The notes under the pieces were generated by a model. It saw only the letters and a program-made list of their open reading frames with translations. It was not told the origin of the DNA and ran no database searches. From Sapientia aquatica (lineage in GTDB: Bacteria > Pseudomonadota > Gammaproteobacteria > Burkholderiales > Burkholderiaceae_D), in the NCBI RefSeq assembly GCF_004358105.1, contig NZ_SMYL01000003.1, positions 65,371 through 129,370 on the forward strand: 64,000 nucleotides of DNA, given 5' to 3'. The position numbers and the translations under genes were made by a program. Below are positions 1 through 8,435 of the stretch, one piece after another. Each line of letters opens with the position of its first letter. Within the stretch, counting starts at the first letter, position 1.

Positions 1-673
1 GATTGGGGAATTCAAGAGTAAACGACTGATTTGGCGCATAACTCCCAATACTAGCTTGTGGAATAGAGGCTGTCACACGCAGCGAGGAAGGGTCGTACAA
101 CGTCACCAACGGCTTACCTGGCAATGCCATGTCGCCCAATGCGATCGGAACGTCGGACACAATGCCCGCATAGGGTGCTTTGATCACATAGAAGTCGGAT
201 TGAATATGGGCAATACTTGCTTGAGCAATTTGGGCACTCAGTTGCGCCGATGTCGCGTGAAACTGGGCTTCAGCTCGCTCCATAGCTGATTGACTAATAT
301 AATTTTTTTCAAAAAGATGACGTTGGCGTTGATAGTCTTTACTCGCTAAATCTAACGCTGTTCGCGCTGCCGCAGTCTCAGCCTGGCTCGCAACAGCGGC
401 TTGCGCGGCGGAACGCGCATCAATGCGCGCCAACAATTGCCCCTCTTTGACCGTATCACCGGTCTTCACTGCAAGATCAACAACCGCTCCCGAAACCTGA
501 GAGCTAATCACAGTCTGGCGAATTGCTTCAACCACCCCGTCGTAACTGGCTGCATTTGCCTGTCCATTAGCCTGAACCACGATAGTGGCTAATTTGGTAT
601 CAGCCACAGCATTACCGGACATGTGCAATAGAGCGGCTAACATCACCGCACTTAATTGAGCTGAGCTTCGCAT
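1..673 (-). CDS. RND efflux periplasmic adaptor (membrane fusion protein, HlyD/MexA family), N-terminal part. Gene continues beyond the window start.
   Basis: Reverse-strand translation from the ATG at 673-671 gives MRSSAQLSAVMLAALLHMSG... (signal/lipoprotein-like). This is followed by biotinyl/lipoyl-like and coiled-coil segments typical of MFP adaptors. No stop codon before position 1. Confidence 0.6.
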   Translation of the reverse strand, partial: MRSSAQLSAVMLAALLHMSGNAVADTKLATIVVQANGQANAASYDGVVEAIRQTVISSQVSGAVVDLAVKTGDTVKEGQLLARIDARSAAQAAVASQAETAAARTALDLASKDYQRQRHLFEKNYISQSAMERAEAQFHATSAQLSAQIAQASIAHIQSDFYVIKAPYAGIVSDVPIALGDMALPGKPLVTLYDPSSLRVTASIPQASIGSYAPNQSFTLEFPN

Positions 674-833
674 CCGTCTTCTCCCAAGATTAAATATTTT
701 TAGCAAGTTGCTTGAATAAGCTTCATTATGTAACTAATCAATTAAATATGCAAGTACCTAAATAATTAAATATGTGGACATTCAGTGTATCCTTGCCCAT
801 AATCTGCAAGTTATATGTTTTAAAGAGAGAGTT

Positions 834-1187
834 ATGGAAGGCTTAACAAAAGATGCGCTAGATCAAGTTGCCGCCTATTTTTTGGCGTTGTCGGAACCCA
901 CACGCCTAAACATTTTGAGTTTTTTGCGCGAAGGCGAAAAAAATGTGGGCGAATTGGCAAATCTATGCGACTACACTTCGGCGAATATTTCGCGTCATTT
1001 GGCTATTCTGAGCAAGCATGGTCTAGTTGCGCGCGAAAATCGCGGCACGAGCGTGTACTACCGCATCGCCGATGAATCGGTCTACACGCTGTGTGATCTA
1101 GTTTGTGGCAGTTTGGTACGTCAATTTGAAGAGCAAGCCTTAACTCAAAAAGCATTTGCACGCAGCAGCAGTTCGAGTAAAAAGTAG
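834..1187 (+). CDS. ArsR/SmtB-family transcriptional regulator, possibly a BigR/SqrR-like thiol-based sensor.
   Basis: HTH segment LSEPTRLNILSFLREGEKNVGELANLCDYTSANISRHLAILSKHGLV matches the ArsR family. Cysteines occur in the recognition-helix region and in a C-terminal CDLVCG motif. GAGAG-type RBS precedes ATG 834. The ORF track extends the frame back to 774. Confidence 0.7.
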   Translation: MEGLTKDALDQVAAYFLALSEPTRLNILSFLREGEKNVGELANLCDYTSANISRHLAILSKHGLVARENRGTSVYYRIADESVYTLCDLVCGSLVRQFEEQALTQKAFARSSSSSKK

Positions 1188-1211
1188 TTCGTCATTTAAA
1201 GGGAGAACAAC

Positions 1212-1403
1212 ATGAAAGCAAACGTAGGAACCATTGATCGTGCCATCCGTATCGTTTTTGGACTCAGTTTAATTCTAGCGACCGTATCAGGAATGATCGG
1301 TATCTGGGGCTGGATTGGGATCGTTCCATTGGCAACCGGCACCTTCCGGTTCTGCCCCGCGTATCTACCGTTTGGATTAAGCACTTGTAAGATGAAGCAA
1401 TAA
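1212..1403 (+). CDS. DUF2892 (YgaP-like) small inner-membrane protein.
   Basis: 63 aa with two TM segments and a conserved C-terminal FCPAY-like motif. Strong RBS aaagggaga precedes it. It lies 24 nt after the ArsR gene, a common ArsR-DUF2892 pairing. Confidence 0.65.
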   Translation: MKANVGTIDRAIRIVFGLSLILATVSGMIGIWGWIGIVPLATGTFRFCPAYLPFGLSTCKMKQ

Positions 1404-1505
1404 GTTTGAGCGAACATTTAATCAAAAAGCCTAAGCAACGGCGTTATCCCATTTCGGCGATAGCGCCGTTTTTATATCTCCACAGCAGTTAACCGAGGTA
1501 ACCCC

Positions 1506-2132
1506 ATGAACCCTAACGCAGCGCAAGAAGCAGAACAATTTTGGAACGAACGCTTTGATGTTGATGAATTTATCTTCGGAAAAGACCCGAATTTGTTTCT
1601 GGTCGAATCGACCAAAAAATACGCGACTGGTGGCAGCCGAGTTCTGTGTGTTGCCGATGGTGAGGGAAGAAATAGTGTTTGGCTGGCTCAACAAGGGATG
1701 CAAGTTGATGCGTTCGATGTATCGGCGGTCGCCATTAAAAAGGCCAAGAAATTTGCAAGCGACAACCAAGTTGATATCGCTTTCCATCACAGCGATTGCG
1801 ATAGTTATCCTTGGCAGCCCAATCAGTATGACGCTATCGCAGCAATATTTATCCAGTTCGCGGACCCTGAACTAAGAGCCAGGCTATTCGACAACATGAT
1901 CAATGGACTAAAACCCGGTGGACTACTTATCGTCCAAGGGTACACTCCCAAGCAGCTAGAATACAAAACCGGAGGCCCCGGACAGCTCTCGCATCTCTAT
2001 ACCGAAGAATTAATGACCGAATTATTAGCCGGGATGAACATACTCGAGATACGTTCCTATGAAACCGAACTAAAAGAAGGGGCGCGGCATTTGGGCATGT
2101 CTGCTCTAATCGGCGTGGTAGCAAAAAAATAA
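1506..2132 (+). CDS. Class I SAM-dependent methyltransferase (TehB/thiopurine-MT-like).
   Basis: Motif I VLCVADGEGRNSVWLA and downstream DxF / LKPGG motifs match a Rossmann-fold methyltransferase. Length is 208 aa. Confidence 0.6.
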   Translation: MNPNAAQEAEQFWNERFDVDEFIFGKDPNLFLVESTKKYATGGSRVLCVADGEGRNSVWLAQQGMQVDAFDVSAVAIKKAKKFASDNQVDIAFHHSDCDSYPWQPNQYDAIAAIFIQFADPELRARLFDNMINGLKPGGLLIVQGYTPKQLEYKTGGPGQLSHLYTEELMTELLAGMNILEIRSYETELKEGARHLGMSALIGVVAKK

Positions 2133-2422
2133 TAACTATTACGGGCTCTTGCTCTCTGAACTATGAAACGCTCAGGAGACTGGATGGCGCTTTTTTTCGC
2201 TAACTGAGTACTCAATTTTAAATCAGCCGCAATGACGTCCCTCGCAATGAGCGGATTTTAGTACTTAATCGAAACTTTGCGTCACAATTAGTATATTCAC
2301 GCTAGCTATTTTGTTTCTATCGCCTAATCTGAAATAGTCAACCACTTTAAAAACTTACGCCGTCACTAGCTAAATGTTTGGTCGATCCACGTTAGTTCAA
2401 TTGATACCGCTGGGATAGGTTC

Positions 2423-4756
2423 ATGAAAAAAATTATTGCACGACTGCTTAATCTGCCCATTTGGAACCCCAGCATCAAGGTGATGCAAGGGATTTACTTC
2501 CCAACTAAATCTCTGTTAATCGCAGTTGCTTTCATTCTTCCACTTATTTGGTTACTGACGATATTTTTTAGCTCGAAGTGCCAAGACCTCAATACAGTTC
2601 AACAAGAGTTGAATGGAGTACGGTATGCAACCGTAATCTATCCAGCCCTTGATTCAGCCGGCATTTGGCGCTACCAAGCCCGAAATGCAGCGTTAGGTGA
2701 AACAGATGCTCAAGTCGCGGAAGCCCGACAAAATTTTGAAAAAAAATTCAAAACTCTTGAAGATGTCGATGCCGAATTAGGTAATTTAATTGGCACCACT
2801 CAGAGGCTAAATGACGTCCGAGCGGCATTAAAATCCGCACAATCAGCGCAAGGAAATCCTAACGAAATATTTGCAACGATGACCAATCTCACTACCAGTC
2901 TACTGGCGGTATTAGATCAATGCATTGATGGATCAGGGTTAATACTTGACCCAGAGCTGCCTTCATACTACCTGGTTAGCGCTACATTGATGCACGACTC
3001 GGAGATTATTCGAAGCACAGCCGAGCTGCGGGGATTAGGATATGCTGCAATTAAACTTGAACAACTAACGCCTGATATCTCAGCACGAATCCAACAGCGT
3101 CTGGCTGTCATCGACAATGAGCAAGCGCTTGCGATACACGACTTAAACAAAGTACAAAAGGCCGAACCAGCATATTCGAATGCACTAGCGTTCTCCGCAG
3201 CAGAGAGTACTAAAAATTTTGAAGGCCTTGTTCGTACAACATTCCCAATCGGTGTAGCCGACATTAAAGGAGATAGGAAGACTTATTTAGACAACGCGAA
3301 CCAGGCTATGCACGCCCAATTTGCACAGGTTTCAACTAATCTTGGTGTACTAGAAAAAATGTTAAGCGAGCGTCGCGCCGGCATCATGCAAGATCTTTGG
3401 AAAACAGTTTTGATTGTTTTGATTGGACTATTTTTCGCCTTCTATCTATTCATTGGCTTCTATTGTTCAATGATGGCTGCACTAAAAAATCTACGCCAAC
3501 ATCTCATTCGTATTTCGATGGGGGATTTAAGAGCGGACATTGGGATTATTGGGAATGACGAAATATCTTCACTATTAAAAGAAGTAGGGAAAATGCAGAG
3601 ATCGCTTGGAGAAACGGTCAAGCAAGTTCAAGAAGCCAGTGACATGATCGTTCATTCAAGCTTGGAAATGGCGCAAGGCACTCAAGATCTATCAGCCCGC
3701 ACGGAGGCAGCCGCGGCTGCGCTAGAAGAAACCGCCGCATCATTAGAGGAAACGACCTCTACAGTTCAAATCACAGCGGACTCAGTCAAACAAGCCTCCG
3801 AAATCGCAGTTGAAAATGCACAAACTGCCGAACGGGGTGGCTCTGTGATGCTGGATGTAATAGAAACTATGGAAGGGATTCAAGTTTCGTCTCAAAAGAT
3901 TAGCGACATTATCGGCGTAATTGATGGGATCGCTTTCCAAACTAATATTTTGGCATTAAATGCGGCGGTTGAAGCTGCGCGCGCGGGGGAGCAAGGTCGC
4001 GGATTCGCAGTCGTGGCTACTGAAGTTAGAGCTCTCGCGGGGCGAAGCGCAGATGCCGCAAAGGAGATCAAATTACTCATCACAAGCAGCACCGACCAAA
4101 TCAAATCAGGTACAGGAATTGTGAGAAAGGCGGGCGACGCAATGAGAGAGATTGTAGAAAACGCGGAAAAAATTAAACATCTCCTCGATGATGTCGCCAA
4201 CGGCGCAAGAGAACAAAGCATGGGTATCAACCAAATCGGTAATGCGGTACAAGAATTGGACCAAAATACTCAAGCAAATGCGACCTTAGTCGAACAGACT
4301 GCAGAAGTCGCGACAGCACAATGCCAAATGGCAGTGCGTATGGCGGCTCATGTAGATGAATTCCGTATAACTGGGGCAGCTAAAGCGGGAGCAATCGTTG
4401 AGGGGATTGATGTTGATTCAATCATTGATGCGCACCGCCAATGGAAGGTGAAACTGCGCGATGCGATTGAAAATAATGAGACAGTTGATGCAAAAACGTT
4501 AGCTCGTGATAACTGTTGTGCACTTGGAAAATGGATTTATTCGGACGGACAGCGTTTTGGCGAGCGCGGATTATTTCAAGAACTCGTTGTTAAACACGCG
4601 AATTTTCACCATGTGGCGGGCCAAGTAGGTGAGCTAATTAACGATAAAAAATACGCTCAGGCAGAAGATGCTCTTGATTCCGGGACATCCTTTTCAAGAG
4701 CTACGAGCGAAGTAGTGCTCGTACTCTCAACTGCTAAGCGCCTCGGATTTACCTAA
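2423..4756 (+). CDS. Methyl-accepting chemotaxis protein with a periplasmic sensor domain, HAMP, MCP signalling domain and a C-terminal CZB (chemoreceptor zinc-binding) domain.
   Basis: TM1 and TM2 flank a ~260-aa periplasmic region. Signalling-domain motifs are present (DIIGVIDGIAFQTNILALNAAVEAARAGEQGRGFAVVA). The C-terminus has HRQW...CALGKW...HANFHHV, matching the CZB Hxx[WFY]...Cx[L]Gx[W]...HxxxH pattern. Confidence 0.85.
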   Translation: MKKIIARLLNLPIWNPSIKVMQGIYFPTKSLLIAVAFILPLIWLLTIFFSSKCQDLNTVQQELNGVRYATVIYPALDSAGIWRYQARNAALGETDAQVAEARQNFEKKFKTLEDVDAELGNLIGTTQRLNDVRAALKSAQSAQGNPNEIFATMTNLTTSLLAVLDQCIDGSGLILDPELPSYYLVSATLMHDSEIIRSTAELRGLGYAAIKLEQLTPDISARIQQRLAVIDNEQALAIHDLNKVQKAEPAYSNALAFSAAESTKNFEGLVRTTFPIGVADIKGDRKTYLDNANQAMHAQFAQVSTNLGVLEKMLSERRAGIMQDLWKTVLIVLIGLFFAFYLFIGFYCSMMAALKNLRQHLIRISMGDLRADIGIIGNDEISSLLKEVGKMQRSLGETVKQVQEASDMIVHSSLEMAQGTQDLSARTEAAAAALEETAASLEETTSTVQITADSVKQASEIAVENAQTAERGGSVMLDVIETMEGIQVSSQKISDIIGVIDGIAFQTNILALNAAVEAARAGEQGRGFAVVATEVRALAGRSADAAKEIKLLITSSTDQIKSGTGIVRKAGDAMREIVENAEKIKHLLDDVANGAREQSMGINQIGNAVQELDQNTQANATLVEQTAEVATAQCQMAVRMAAHVDEFRITGAAKAGAIVEGIDVDSIIDAHRQWKVKLRDAIENNETVDAKTLARDNCCALGKWIYSDGQRFGERGLFQELVVKHANFHHVAGQVGELINDKKYAQAEDALDSGTSFSRATSEVVLVLSTAKRLGFT

Positions 4757-4784
4757 TATCTGTCCATACAGCATCTGGTTGAGG

Positions 4785-5180
4785 TCATTTTTTTACAACA
4801 TCAAAACCCGCTTTTTCCCAAGCGACCATCCCGCCAGTTACGCTGGTAGCTTGGGGGAAACCAGCTTCTCTTAGTGCCTTTACAGCCACTTGGGAACGTT
4901 TTCCGGAATGGCAAATGACCACGATAGGTTGATCTTTGAATTTGGCAATTTCATTCATACGGGCGCCTAACCGATCCAATGGAATTAGCGTCGAACGAGG
5001 CGCATGAATTTCGTCGTATTCAGATTGCTCCCTAACATCCAAGAATAACGTCCCCTTAACAACCATTTTGTTTGCCTGAGCTACTTCAATCACTGCAGTT
5101 GAACCTAACTCTGCGGCATTGAGCATCGATGCCGAAAAAATCGCTACTAGGATTGCAATAAATACGAATTTAATTTTCAT
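4785..5180 (-). CDS. Periplasmic single-domain rhodanese (sulfurtransferase, PspE-like).
   Basis: N-terminal signal peptide. Active-site loop is CHSGKRS. Size 131 aa. Confidence 0.75.
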   Translation of the reverse strand: MKIKFVFIAILVAIFSASMLNAAELGSTAVIEVAQANKMVVKGTLFLDVREQSEYDEIHAPRSTLIPLDRLGARMNEIAKFKDQPIVVICHSGKRSQVAVKALREAGFPQATSVTGGMVAWEKAGFDVVKK

Positions 5181-5265
5181 GAAAATATTTTTCTAAAGAA
5201 TAAAGTAAATAAATGACTACAAGGCTAACAGCGGCTGCAGGCTAAATCTTGATTGGGACAAATCA

Positions 5266-5628
5266 CTATTCCACAACAGGATTAGAAAACTCATTGAATG
5301 CGGCCAATGCATTCGCAGAATACATCAACGAAGGTCCACCTCCCATATAAACCGCCATCCCTAACGCTTCTTCTAGCTCGATTTTAGTCACGCCAAGTCC
5401 GACTAACGCCTTTACATGGAAGCCAATGCACGCATCACAATGGGCGGCAACACCCAATGTAAGTGCAATAAGTTCTTTCGTTTTTTTATCCAGCGCGCCA
5501 TCCGCCGTCGCAGCCCGCGCCATTTCACTAAAGCCCTTCATGACATCGGGAATATCCTTGCGCAGCTCGGCGAGATTTTTTGATACTGATTGAGTTAATT
5601 CTTGATAATTAGGAATAGCTGTTGACAT
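5266..5628 (-). CDS. Carboxymuconolactone decarboxylase / AhpD-like family protein.
   Basis: AhpD-core motif HCDACIGFH (CxxCxxxH). Size 120 aa. Confidence 0.65.
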   Translation of the reverse strand: MSTAIPNYQELTQSVSKNLAELRKDIPDVMKGFSEMARAATADGALDKKTKELIALTLGVAAHCDACIGFHVKALVGLGVTKIELEEALGMAVYMGGGPSLMYSANALAAFNEFSNPVVE

Positions 5629-5725
5629 AATTTATTTACTCACAGTGTGGATTTAAATTGGAAGTTATAAGTAAAGGAAATATTTTATTCAGACTTTACT
5701 TGGCAAACGTTTTACTGATCCGACC

Positions 5726-6163
5726 TCATTCAAATGCGATAATTTCGGGCTTTACGACAGCTCTTCCCGACTCTACCCACGCATCAATGCCGCCAGCGAT
5801 TGAACTAACTTTGAGATATCCCATTTCCTGTAACGCTAATGCACAGAGTGCTGCGCGGCCGCCAGATTTGCAATACAAAACAATATTGAGATCACGCGTG
5901 CCGAATTCTGGTGTGGCACTAAGTTTAAATTCAAGCAAGCCGCGTGGAATATGAACAGCACCAGCTATATGGCCGTTAAGAAATTCATCTTTTTCGCGAA
6001 CATCAATCAAAATGTCGGCTCTGAGGATGTCTGATTGCGCTAAATCGAGTGGGATTTCTTGGATATGAGATTTGGCAGCGGTTACAAGATCGTGGGCAGT
6101 TTTCATATAGGGCTTATGTAAGTTGAGGTTGAATGAATTAACATCTGTTTTTGGATATATCAA
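5726..6163 (-). CDS. Cytoplasmic single-domain rhodanese (sulfurtransferase).
   Basis: Active-site loop is CKSGGRA. The rhodanese-fold spacing DVRE...G.I.GA is present. Size 145 aa. Confidence 0.75.
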   Translation of the reverse strand: MIYPKTDVNSFNLNLHKPYMKTAHDLVTAAKSHIQEIPLDLAQSDILRADILIDVREKDEFLNGHIAGAVHIPRGLLEFKLSATPEFGTRDLNIVLYCKSGGRAALCALALQEMGYLKVSSIAGGIDAWVESGRAVVKPEIIAFE

Positions 6164-6221
6164 AAAATGATCCAGTCTTGATATTCAATTTGGTATATCC
6201 GCCATATCAGTAAGGATTAGA

Positions 6222-6866
6222 TTACATCGCTAGATCAATATTACTTTTATCGGAAACGCGCGCTAAAAATATATCGCGCGTAGCACCTGAAAACCAAGGA
6301 TGCCAAAGCCGTTGTTCAAGCACAGAACTGAGAAATCTCGCCTGCTTTGTGTGTCCGCTGAATAGCAGCACTTCGGACGGTAAAGTGAAAATCTTCTGAT
6401 TTACACTATTCCATAAGTGGTCCGCAGAGATTGGCCGGGGCTGATGCGGACAACTATCAACCGTTAATACATCGCCACAAAATAATCGATCTCGCCACAA
6501 AAAACTTCGACAATTTAAGGTGTGACCTGGCGTTTTTATGATCCTAAGATGTTCATCACCAAAAGTTAGCAAGTCAGTGTCCAGCCGATTCAATCTTTGA
6601 CCGCCGCCGTCACCAACAGACCCGTATGCAGCTAACACTGCCGAGTTGACAGAGGGTTCATTATGTGATGACTCGTCCTCTAGCAGTCCATGATCATGGC
6701 TAAATAGAATCGCGCTCAAGCGGAGTCGTTGATCTTTCAGAATCGCGCGTGTCACGGCCACATCATCAATCCGTGGATCAATTAACACCGCTTCATTACG
6801 TGTGGCATCACCAAGTAAGTAGCTGGTGAAGCCACTTGCTTGGTTATGAAGGACTCGAAAATACAT
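6222..6866 (-). CDS. MBL-fold metallo-hydrolase, ETHE1 / persulfide-dioxygenase / glyoxalase-II-like, with an atypical first metal motif.
   Basis: N-terminus MYFRVLHNQASGFTSYLLGDATRNEAVLIDP resembles ETHE1/GloB. Later motifs PGHT, CGDVLT and SGHT are present. The canonical HxHxDH is replaced by SHDHG. The ORF track extends to 7004, but that stretch overlaps ybgE, so the start is placed at the internal Met. Confidence 0.55.
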   Translation of the reverse strand: MYFRVLHNQASGFTSYLLGDATRNEAVLIDPRIDDVAVTRAILKDQRLRLSAILFSHDHGLLEDESSHNEPSVNSAVLAAYGSVGDGGGQRLNRLDTDLLTFGDEHLRIIKTPGHTLNCRSFLWRDRLFCGDVLTVDSCPHQPRPISADHLWNSVNQKIFTLPSEVLLFSGHTKQARFLSSVLEQRLWHPWFSGATRDIFLARVSDKSNIDLAM

Positions 6867-6871
6867 AGTAT

Positions 6872-7156
6872 CTACAGAAAAAGTTTTAGTAGCCCGGCAA
6901 CTAATAATCCCACCAAGCAAGCCCAAAACGAAAGTAGCCAACGCGCCACTATATTCTTTGGTACAAAACCAACACCATAAACAAATCCTGCGCTCATCGA
7001 CCAAAAAACCAGCGTCGCCAATCCATGATCGACCTTACCCGATGTCGTCATCAACAACGGCGGATAAGCGGTGCCACCGACCATAATACTTAGCGCAATT
7101 AGCAAGCACAGGATCTGCATACCAAGCGCGCCACGGCTTGTTGACTGGGCTTTCAT
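6872..7156 (-). CDS. ybgE: Cyd operon protein YbgE.
   Basis: 94-aa membrane protein with the HGL...W...AG...GVGF.P pattern seen in E. coli YbgE. Its ATG overlaps the cydX stop as ATGA. Confidence 0.65.
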   Translation of the reverse strand: MKAQSTSRGALGMQILCLLIALSIMVGGTAYPPLLMTTSGKVDHGLATLVFWSMSAGFVYGVGFVPKNIVARWLLSFWACLVGLLVAGLLKLFL

Positions 7157-7275
7157 AATCCAGCATCGTCCTGATGACCATCACGTCGAGCCGCTTCGTT
7201 TTCGCCCCACATGGCGTTCAATACAGCAAGCAGCAGTGCAAAACCGACACCTAAAATCCAAGCGAAATACCACAT
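7153..7275 (-). CDS. cydX: Cytochrome bd-I oxidase small subunit CydX.
   Basis: Not in the ORF track because it is only 40 aa. Reverse-strand translation gives MWYFAWILGVGFALLLAVLNAMWGENEAARRDGHQDDAGL*. The N-terminus is identical in pattern to E. coli CydX (MWYFAWILG...). AGGAG RBS lies upstream. It sits immediately downstream of cydB. Confidence 0.8.
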   Translation of the reverse strand: MWYFAWILGVGFALLLAVLNAMWGENEAARRDGHQDDAGL

Positions 7276-7298
7276 ATTTTTACTCCTTCTGCGTACCG

Positions 7299-8435
7299 TT
7301 AATAAGCACTGTGCTCGTTAGCTTTAATCTGCTCGATAGTGACCTTGCCACGCATAACGCGATAAGCCCATGATGTATAGAAAATAATTAGCGGCATAAA
7401 GATCAACGTCGCCCAAAACATGATACCCAAGGTAAGGTGACTCGATACGCTATCCCACACCGTCAAACTGGCATTTGGCATGCTAGAGGACGGCATTAAA
7501 AATGGGAACATTGACGCGCCAGCTGTACCGATAACACCCAACAAAGCGAGCGATGATGTGACGAATCCGATTAATGCCCGACGCGCCAACAGCAAAACAG
7601 TCGTCAATAATGCGCCTGCAATGGCTAATAGAGGCAAAATCCACAACAACGGCTGCAAGCGATAATTGTTCATCCATGCGCCCGATTCATGGACTACGGT
7701 TTTACTCATTGGGTCCGACAATGCCGCAGTATCGATCAAAGAGCTGATACGATACCCAGGAATAACTTGCAACCAAACACCCGCAGCAATGAACGCAACG
7801 ATCATTATCACGGCTGCCCCAATGGCACCCTTGATCGCACGTTGTTGAACCGCGCCCTCAGTGCGGTGCGCCAAATAGGTACCGCCCTGCATTGTGATCA
7901 TCGCACTGCTTACAACACCAGCAAGCAGGGCAAACGGATTAAGTAATTGCCAGAATGTTCCTGTGTAGGTCGAAGCCATGTAATTATCGAATTGAAACGG
8001 AACACCTTCCAATAAATTACCGAAAGCCACACCAAAAATAAATGGAGGAACCGCACCACCAACAAATAGGCCCCAATCCCACACGCTACGCCAAGTTGGA
8101 TTATGGATTTTGCTACGATAGTCAAATCCGACCGGCCGTAAAAATAACGCCCACAAAACGGCCAATAATGCCCAATAAAATCCACTAAATGCGGTGGCAT
8201 ATACCAACGGCCACGCGGCAAAAATCGCACCGCCACCAGTAATAAACCAAACTTGGTTTCCTTCCCAATGCGGGCCCACTGTGTTGAGCACGACCCGGCG
8301 TTCTAAATCGGTTTTACCCACGAAAGGTAACAAAGTCCCCACGCCCATATCGTGTCCATCCATGATCGCAAAGCCGATCAATAAGACACCGACTAATACC
8401 CACCAAATAATCTTAAGTGTTGGATAGTCAATCAT
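7299..8435 (-). CDS. cydB: Cytochrome bd ubiquinol oxidase subunit II.
   Basis: 378-aa polytopic membrane protein with clear similarity to CydB (MIDYPTLKIIWW...). Overlaps cydA by 4 nt. Confidence 0.9.
   Translation of the reverse strand: MIDYPTLKIIWWVLVGVLLIGFAIMDGHDMGVGTLLPFVGKTDLERRVVLNTVGPHWEGNQVWFITGGGAIFAAWPLVYATAFSGFYWALLAVLWALFLRPVGFDYRSKIHNPTWRSVWDWGLFVGGAVPPFIFGVAFGNLLEGVPFQFDNYMASTYTGTFWQLLNPFALLAGVVSSAMITMQGGTYLAHRTEGAVQQRAIKGAIGAAVIMIVAFIAAGVWLQVIPGYRISSLIDTAALSDPMSKTVVHESGAWMNNYRLQPLLWILPLLAIAGALLTTVLLLARRALIGFVTSSLALLGVIGTAGASMFPFLMPSSSMPNASLTVWDSVSSHLTLGIMFWATLIFMPLIIFYTSWAYRVMRGKVTIEQIKANEHSAY

Noticed and set aside
1555-1875. 106-aa ORF in an alternative frame of the methyltransferase gene.
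   Set aside because: Overlaps a motif-supported CDS on the same strand. Low-complexity product.
2968-4230. Antisense ORFs 2968-3264 and 3892-4230 inside the first MCP gene.
   Set aside because: Fully contained in a high-confidence CDS on the opposite strand. Ala/Ser/Arg-rich shadow-frame composition. No RBS.
6867-7004. N-terminal 46-aa extension of the MBL ORF.
   Set aside because: It would overlap ybgE by ~130 nt in another frame. The internal Met at 6866 gives an ETHE1-like N-terminus.
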